From NCBI GenBank assembly GCA_046593035.1, contig JBKJSC010000287.1:1-31816 (forward strand): DNA of 31,816 bases. Direction: 5' to 3'. Shown one piece after another: positions 26,481-31,816 of this stretch. The notes below the pieces were generated by a model that was not told where the DNA came from, did not search any database, and saw only the letters and a program-made list of their open reading frames with translations. Positions within the stretch are counted from its first letter, which is position 1; every line of letters starts with the position of its first letter. The DNA comes from Limisphaerales bacterium. Lineage in GTDB: Bacteria > Verrucomicrobiota > Verrucomicrobiia > Limisphaerales > JAYTXL01. The translations under genes and the position numbers were made by a program.

Positions 26481-27809
26481 TTATAAAAATGCCTGCCGCA
26501 CCGGCTCACCCATGTCGGTGATGGGCACGGGGCGGCTGCTGTCGAAAAGGTGCTTCGCGGGATCAATGCCCAGAGCGCAGTGGATGGTGGCGTGCGCGTC
26601 GGGGACGGAGAGCGGGTTGCTGAGGGGGAGCTTGCCGAGTTCGTCGGTCTCACCAATGGCCTGACCGAGTTTCAACCCGCCGCCCGCGAGAGCGATGGAG
26701 AAAGCCTTGCCCCAGTGACCGCGCCCGCCCCCGGCATCGAACTCTGGCGGGCGACCAAATTCACTCGCCACCACGACGAGAGTCTGGTCGAGTAACTTGT
26801 TTTTTTCCAGATCAAGAACGAGCTGGCTCAACGCCTGGTCGAGTTGCTGGATGAGGATGTGCTGGTTCAACTGGCCCTGGTTGTGCGTGTCCCAGCCGGT
26901 GCCGTTGATGAAGTTCAAGTTGAAGGAAACCTCCACGAAACGCACGCCGGTCTGCACCAAACGGCGTGCGAGCAGACAGCGCTGACCGAATTCGTCGCCA
27001 AAACTTTGGCGCAAACTCGACGGCTCGGCGGACAAATTGAAAGCCTTCATGAAATCGCCATTGGCCAGCGTGAAGCTCGCGCCGATGGCGTCGTCGTATT
27101 CGGCGACGGTCTTGTCCTCCGGGTTGCGGGTGCGGAAACCACTGCGGAATTTTTGGAGCAATTGCTCGCGGTCGGACTGACGCGCGGTGGTGACGTATTC
27201 GGGACGCGTGAGACCGGCGGGTCCCTTTTCTGTGTCGGTGAGATAAACGTAGCCGTGCTTTGCGCCGAGGAAGCCGGGGCCGCGCATCAAGTTGGGATAA
27301 CCGATCAGCACGTAGGGCGGAATACCGTTGCCCACGCTGCCGAGTTCATGCGCGACAATCGAACCGATGGACGGATACACAATCGTGCCCGTCGGCTTGC
27401 GACCAGTGTGGAGAAAGTTGGTCGCCGCCGAATGCTCATCCACGATGCTGTGGTTGACCGTGCGGAGAAGCACGAAGCGGTCAAGGATGTCCGCCGTGTG
27501 CTTGAGATGCTCGCTCACTTGCACGTCGCGAACCGCGGTGTTGATGGCCGGATATGCGGAGCCGGTGACGCGCTTGGCCGGATCACCGAGGCGCTTGGGA
27601 TCGAACGTGTCCACATGCGCCATGCCGCCCGCCAACCAAAGCAGGATGCAGTGCCGGGCTTTACCTTTGGGGTAAGTCTTCGTTTCCCTCTCGGCAGCGT
27701 GAAGCAGGGAGGAAGTGCCGGTGAGGCCGAGAGCGGCGGTGCCCATGCTGGCGCGGGCGAGGAAATCGCGGCGAGGAAACCGAGACCGAATGGGAGACGT
27801 GGATTTCAA
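26481..27809 (-). CDS. DUF1501-domain protein (sulfatase-like fold) with a Tat signal (RRDFLARASMGTAALG). Usual partner of PSD1 proteins
   Basis: Tat motif. Conserved DUF1501 blocks (ILLWLAGGMAHVDTFDPK... GWDTH... VVASEFGRPP). Confidence 0.85.
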   Translation of the reverse strand: MKSTSPIRSRFPRRDFLARASMGTAALGLTGTSSLLHAAERETKTYPKGKARHCILLWLAGGMAHVDTFDPKRLGDPAKRVTGSAYPAINTAVRDVQVSEHLKHTADILDRFVLLRTVNHSIVDEHSAATNFLHTGRKPTGTIVYPSIGSIVAHELGSVGNGIPPYVLIGYPNLMRGPGFLGAKHGYVYLTDTEKGPAGLTRPEYVTTARQSDREQLLQKFRSGFRTRNPEDKTVAEYDDAIGASFTLANGDFMKAFNLSAEPSSLRQSFGDEFGQRCLLARRLVQTGVRFVEVSFNLNFINGTGWDTHNQGQLNQHILIQQLDQALSQLVLDLEKNKLLDQTLVVVASEFGRPPEFDAGGGRGHWGKAFSIALAGGGLKLGQAIGETDELGKLPLSNPLSVPDAHATIHCALGIDPAKHLFDSSRPVPITDMGEPVRQAFL

Positions 27810-28066
27810 TTTTTAGATTTTATCAATCGTTTATAAGCGACTTGGAACGTGATGCAAAAAACTAAAGCAGCAAGAGCCGCCGCCGGGATGACTACAAACC
27901 AAGTAGGCCAATCGGAGTAGCCAGCGGCCTGAACTGTGTCTTTGCCGAAGAGAGCTTCCGCAGCAATGAACATTCCCACGAGTCCGACGAAAAATGTTAC
28001 TGCCGGTATCGCCAGGCAGACGAACGAAAAAAGCATTCGATTTGGAAAGCGTGTCGTCATGTTCAC
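27806..28066 (-). CDS. Possible small 2-TM membrane protein (86 aa) between the PSD1 and DUF1501 genes. Overlaps both by 4 nt
   Basis: Two hydrophobic helices. Overlaps suggest translational coupling. No family recognised. Confidence 0.35.
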   Translation of the reverse strand: MNMTTRFPNRMLFSFVCLAIPAVTFFVGLVGMFIAAEALFGKDTVQAAGYSDWPTWFVVIPAAALAALVFCITFQVAYKRLIKSKN

Positions 28067-31000
28067 GGCACAAACACAAACTCCGGCGAGTTCACCATCG
28101 CCCAGAGCACGTCCTCCATGCGTTCGCGCCAGTCGGCACGAAGGCGGTCCGTGGGTTCGTCGCCCTTGCGTGCCCGGTGGTCGGCGGCCATTTTAATTTC
28201 GGTGGCCTTCGCATTCAGATGATTTGACCAACTCAACAGCAGGCTGGAATCGAACTCCTTCGCCAGCGGTTTGGTTTTGCCTGGCACGACGCGCTCCGCA
28301 TAACCGCGCTCCAGATGCGCCGCCAGCACCGCCTGTTCTTCCGTCGTCGGTTTGCGCGAATAGATGCGGAGGAAAACTGCCTCGGCCAGTTGTGCCAGCG
28401 GCTGAGGCTGCACGCAAATCGCGGTGAAAGCATTGCCGTCGCAGAGGCGCGTGATACGGCCGTTGGCCATGTCGCCATTGGCCACCATCGCCGGTTGGAG
28501 GACGTTGGCCGAGTCGTCGCGCGCGCTGAGTGCGTTTTGCCGCGAGTCGCGCCAGCCGAACATGCCCATCACATCCGCGATGGCCTGCGCCTTGGGCATG
28601 GCCAGCGCGGGACGGTCGCGGTCGTTGGCGAATCCGCTGAATTCCCACGCCCGTTTGGGCACGCCCAGGTTCAGAAAATCTTTCGGCCCACGGCGGCCAT
28701 CCTGATCAAAAGTCAACGGCTCCGTGTCGAAGGATTTTCCGGTGACGGCAAACAGCGAGTCCACGATTTGTTCCGCCGTCAGCCGCCGCCGCGCGGGCGA
28801 GGCAAACAGGCGTTCGTCGAACGTTTCCATGGAACGCACCCCGGTCGCCGCGACGCGCTGATAAATCTGCGAATTCAAAATGAGCCTCGCGATGTGCTTG
28901 AGGTCATAATCGTGCGTGACCAGCTCGCGGCCCAACCACTCCAGCAACTCCGGATGCGATGGCTTCGCGAGTTCCCAATCTTCCACCGGTTCCACCAGGC
29001 CCCAGCCGAGATAGCGCTTCCACAGACGGTTCGCGATCACTTTGGCAAAGCGCGGATTCGCCGGGTCGGTGACGAAGGCCGCCAGTTGATCGCGCATGTC
29101 GGTGACACGCGGCGCGGTGGAAAAATCATGCGACTTGTCGAGCACTTGCGCGAACGGCCAGGCCGGTTCCACCTTGTCACCCGGATGCAGCGTGACCTTT
29201 ACCCGGCGACCCACGGTGATGTTAGCATTCGCCGGGATGGAACTGCTCTTGGGCACTTCCTGCGGTTCCTGCCGGAGCATCGCGGCGAGGCTGAACAAAT
29301 CTTTTTGTTTGAAATCATGATACGGCGCGTCGTGGCAGCGGGCGCAGGTGAGGTTCATACCGAGAAAGGCCGAGGAAAGAATCTGCGCGCGATCGGCCAT
29401 CGGCACGTCGTTCTGCGTGGCGAGGCCGAAGCCCGCTGGCCCGCCTCCGTACACGCTGCCGCGCAGCGAAATCAACTCGCTCGCGAAACGATCCATCGGC
29501 TGGTTGTCGGTGAGCGCCTCGTGGAGCCACCAGCGAAACGGCCCGGTGTTGTTCAGTGTTGGCTTGAGGATGGCGGGATTTTCCGCCAGCACATCCTGCC
29601 AGTAACTGACCCAGTGATCAGCCCAGCCGGGTTGTGCGAGGAATGTGTCGATTGCCCGAGGGCGGCGCGTCTTCGCGCTGTCCTTGAGAAAGGCTTGAAT
29701 CTGCTCTGGCGAAGGCGGTGTGCCAATCGTGTCCAGCGCAAGCCGGCGCAGGAAGGCCAAGTCGTTCACGGTTTGCTCCGGCTTCAATTGGGCTGCTTCC
29801 AGCCGCGCAACGATGAAGCGGTCGATGTCGTTGTTCACCGGCATGGCGGAGGAAACTTGCGGGACGTGGATCGACGGCAGCGTGGCGATAATCTCGCGGG
29901 CCAGTGCGTGACGTTTGCTCCAGTATTTTTCCTCTTCGACACCGGCCTCCTTGCGGTGCTGCGCATCCAATTTGGCCAAACGATCCAATCGGCGCTGGAT
30001 GTAAGCATTCCAACCCTCGTCGGTGTGCGGAATCTTTTCCTTCGGGGCAACCAACTGGAACAATTCGCCGTGGTGCGCCGCGCTGACGCTGATTTCGCCC
30101 ACTTCCGGGCGCAGTCCTTTACCACCGATGAACGCTTCCAGCACCCAAATGTGTTCTCTGCCATCGCTGTCGTAATTCATCCAGGCCTCGACGTGGCCCA
30201 TGCGCGGAAAACGCAGGCCAGCAGGATAATTCTGCGGCGGTTCCTCCACTTCGCCGTGACCGTCGCCGTTCGGCGTGATGAATTTCGTCACCGCCAGCAT
30301 CCGGCCATCGACGAACAACCGGGCGGAATTCAGCGCCCGCAGCAACAGCCGATGCTGTCCCTTGGGCAGCGAGACGAGGGTCGCCGCGCGTAGCAGGAAA
30401 GGCTCGGAGCGATCTTCGCGCAAGCCGCGCACGGTATATTTTTGGGGCAACGCCACGAAGCCGAAGGCGGGTTCCGTGTAAGTTTCCGTTGCGGCCGGAG
30501 CCTTGAAGTTCCACGAAAAGCGCGCGGGAATGTTTTCGATCAATTCCACGCGCACCGCATCGCGCGGGAGTTCCTTGGCCGTGATGCCCGGCCCGGCGGG
30601 ATTGTAATTAAAACGCTTCCGCACTTCGGCGGCGCTCAGAGCTCGGCGATAGAGGGCGATCTCGTTGATCTGTCCGTTGAAGGTGCTGCCTTTGTTGCCG
30701 CTCATCGACGAGCCGATCCACAGTTCATCGTCATCCACCACTGGCGCGGCATCGCTCTGACCGCCCATGTCCCATTGTCCCTTGGTTTCCACACCATCAA
30801 GGTAAGCGCGGAGGCTGGAACCACTGCCAAACTTGTAAGTCACCGCCAGGTAATGCCAGCCCGAGCTGGGGAGAAAACCCTCGAAGGAAGTCCAGCGGTG
30901 CCAGTGTTTTTCCGAATCAGTCTTGCTGGTGACAGCGGCATCGTCGCGAAACAAAAAGCTCACACGGGCCGAGCCTTCCTCGCCGCGCAGGCGCAGCGCG

Positions 31001-31506
31001 TAGTTTTGATTGTCGGCTGAAAAGCCCGGATTGCCCGTGCGGCCCTTGCCCACCACGTAAATCTGCTGGCCGTCGGCAATTTGATTGAGAAACACCCACG
31101 CCTCCAGCGTGATCGTCTCGCCCCGTGCGAAGTCCAGCGCGCTGTTTGCGCCGGGATCCTTCACCCGGATGTAGCCCGCCTCCTTGTCGCCAAACGCCGC
31201 GCTCGTGCTGTCCGGTTCAAACTCGGGAAAGGAAGTGTTTTCCTGCGCGGGCCTTCGCAGCACCACGCGACCGGCCACGGCACCGTTCAACGCCCCGGCC
31301 TTCGCGCCGGGCGCGTGGTTCAGAATCACTCCGCTGCTGTCGTCGTTCAACCGCCAGTACGCGGCGGGTTGGTCGGCCAGCACGGTTTCGGGATAGCCCG
31401 CCTTGGGCGCGGCGGCGCTGGCGCACGACACCACCAGCAACCAGGCGACCAGCGCGCCAATACGATGCGGAATGCGATCTGACAACTGCGAGTTCAGCAG
31501 GTTCAT
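28063..31506 (-). CDS. PSD1-family protein ('Planctomycete cytochrome C'-type DUF1549 + DUF1553) with an N-terminal LamG/concanavalin-like domain and a signal peptide. Start moved to MNLLNSQLSD...; the track ORF runs to 31581
   Basis: DUF1553 CARCHD box (NLTCARCHDAPYHDFKQKD). DUF1549 region. LamG-like N-terminal module. Adjacent DUF1501 partner. Confidence 0.85.
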   Translation of the reverse strand: MNLLNSQLSDRIPHRIGALVAWLLVVSCASAAAPKAGYPETVLADQPAAYWRLNDDSSGVILNHAPGAKAGALNGAVAGRVVLRRPAQENTSFPEFEPDSTSAAFGDKEAGYIRVKDPGANSALDFARGETITLEAWVFLNQIADGQQIYVVGKGRTGNPGFSADNQNYALRLRGEEGSARVSFLFRDDAAVTSKTDSEKHWHRWTSFEGFLPSSGWHYLAVTYKFGSGSSLRAYLDGVETKGQWDMGGQSDAAPVVDDDELWIGSSMSGNKGSTFNGQINEIALYRRALSAAEVRKRFNYNPAGPGITAKELPRDAVRVELIENIPARFSWNFKAPAATETYTEPAFGFVALPQKYTVRGLREDRSEPFLLRAATLVSLPKGQHRLLLRALNSARLFVDGRMLAVTKFITPNGDGHGEVEEPPQNYPAGLRFPRMGHVEAWMNYDSDGREHIWVLEAFIGGKGLRPEVGEISVSAAHHGELFQLVAPKEKIPHTDEGWNAYIQRRLDRLAKLDAQHRKEAGVEEEKYWSKRHALAREIIATLPSIHVPQVSSAMPVNNDIDRFIVARLEAAQLKPEQTVNDLAFLRRLALDTIGTPPSPEQIQAFLKDSAKTRRPRAIDTFLAQPGWADHWVSYWQDVLAENPAILKPTLNNTGPFRWWLHEALTDNQPMDRFASELISLRGSVYGGGPAGFGLATQNDVPMADRAQILSSAFLGMNLTCARCHDAPYHDFKQKDLFSLAAMLRQEPQEVPKSSSIPANANITVGRRVKVTLHPGDKVEPAWPFAQVLDKSHDFSTAPRVTDMRDQLAAFVTDPANPRFAKVIANRLWKRYLGWGLVEPVEDWELAKPSHPELLEWLGRELVTHDYDLKHIARLILNSQIYQRVAATGVRSMETFDERLFASPARRRLTAEQIVDSLFAVTGKSFDTEPLTFDQDGRRGPKDFLNLGVPKRAWEFSGFANDRDRPALAMPKAQAIADVMGMFGWRDSRQNALSARDDSANVLQPAMVANGDMANGRITRLCDGNAFTAICVQPQPLAQLAEAVFLRIYSRKPTTEEQAVLAAHLERGYAERVVPGKTKPLAKEFDSSLLLSWSNHLNAKATEIKMAADHRARKGDEPTDRLRADWRERMEDVLWAMVNSPEFVFVP

Positions 31507-31642
31507 TTTGAAGACTCGGGCATTGGCACCAATCTTGCAGAAATGTTCCCGTCTGTAAATTGCTGGTTTGCGGAAAAGCAAGCCTCAGCACAATCCAGAA
31601 GGTTGCGGTGAACAGTCCCGCCCGAACTTGTGAATCCTGCTT

Positions 31643-31816
31643 CTAAGTAATGTGCGCGCCCTGCGTTTCCACATAGACCGCGTACAGCGACGTGCTGGCG
31701 GCCATAAAGAGGCGGTTGCGCTTGGGCCCGCCAAAGCAGATGTTCGCGCAAATCTCCGGCAGCCGGATCTGTCCGATGCGCACGCCGTCCGGCGCGAAGA
31801 TGTGGACGCCGTCGTA
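31643..31816 (-). CDS. 3' end (C-terminal 57 aa) of an SMP-30/gluconolactonase/LRE-like beta-propeller protein. The gene continues beyond the window
   Basis: Minus-strand translation ...ICFGGPKRNRLFMAASTSLYAVYVETQGAHIT* resembles the conserved C-terminus of SMP-30/gluconolactonase proteins. Runs off the window end in frame. Confidence 0.5.
   Translation of the reverse strand, partial: YDGVHIFAPDGVRIGQIRLPEICANICFGGPKRNRLFMAASTSLYAVYVETQGAHIT

Noticed and set aside
28315-30393. 692-aa ORF on the plus strand, and similar long ORFs (18324..20096, 12235..13473, 1001..2239, 5889..7094, 4542..5735, 21115..22281, 22313..23518)
   Set aside because: All lie antisense to well-supported genes with clear family signatures. 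Their translations are low-complexity and Arg/Ala/Gly-rich, as expected for stop-poor antisense frames in high-GC DNA
1-31816. CRISPR arrays, rRNA, tRNA
   Set aside because: No regularly spaced direct repeats and no rRNA- or tRNA-like conserved blocks were seen on either strand

Overview
High-GC (about 60%) chromosomal segment that looks like a PVC-superphylum bacterium (Verrucomicrobia or Planctomycetes). The call rests on the protein families: DUF1080 (3-keto-disaccharide-hydrolase-like), PSD1 (DUF1549/DUF1553) paired with DUF1501, 'membrane-bound dehydrogenase' beta-propellers fused to HEAT repeats and c-type cytochrome (CxxCH) domains, FG-GAP propellers and Gfo/Idh/MocA oxidoreductases. 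Housekeeping genes are a K+ channel with RCK domains, exonuclease III, a flotillin (SPFH) operon, and an rpsP-KH-trmD-rplS operon with its terminator followed by rnhB-yraN. Genes are dense on both strands. Many long antisense ORFs in the track are artefacts of GC richness. Things not explained by ordinary genes: (i) a perfect 47-bp-arm AT-rich hairpin at the window start, followed by a 45-codon ORF; (ii) an IS200-like/RAYT HUH tyrosine transposase gene bracketed by about 36-bp inverted GC-rich REP-like palindromes (a REPtron-like unit), sitting between two large paralogous dehydrogenase-domain genes; (iii) a low-GC, foreign-looking 139-aa ORF island inserted between convergent genes; (iv) extensive modular paralogy (FG-GAP propeller, dehydrogenase propeller, DUF1080, cytochrome c and Gfo/Idh/MocA each occur twice); (v) a MITE-like pair of inverted 24-bp hairpins. 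Coordinates for CDSs follow the supplied ORF track. Where the start looks over-extended I moved it to an internal Met and kept the frame by arithmetic. No rRNA, tRNA or CRISPR array was found.
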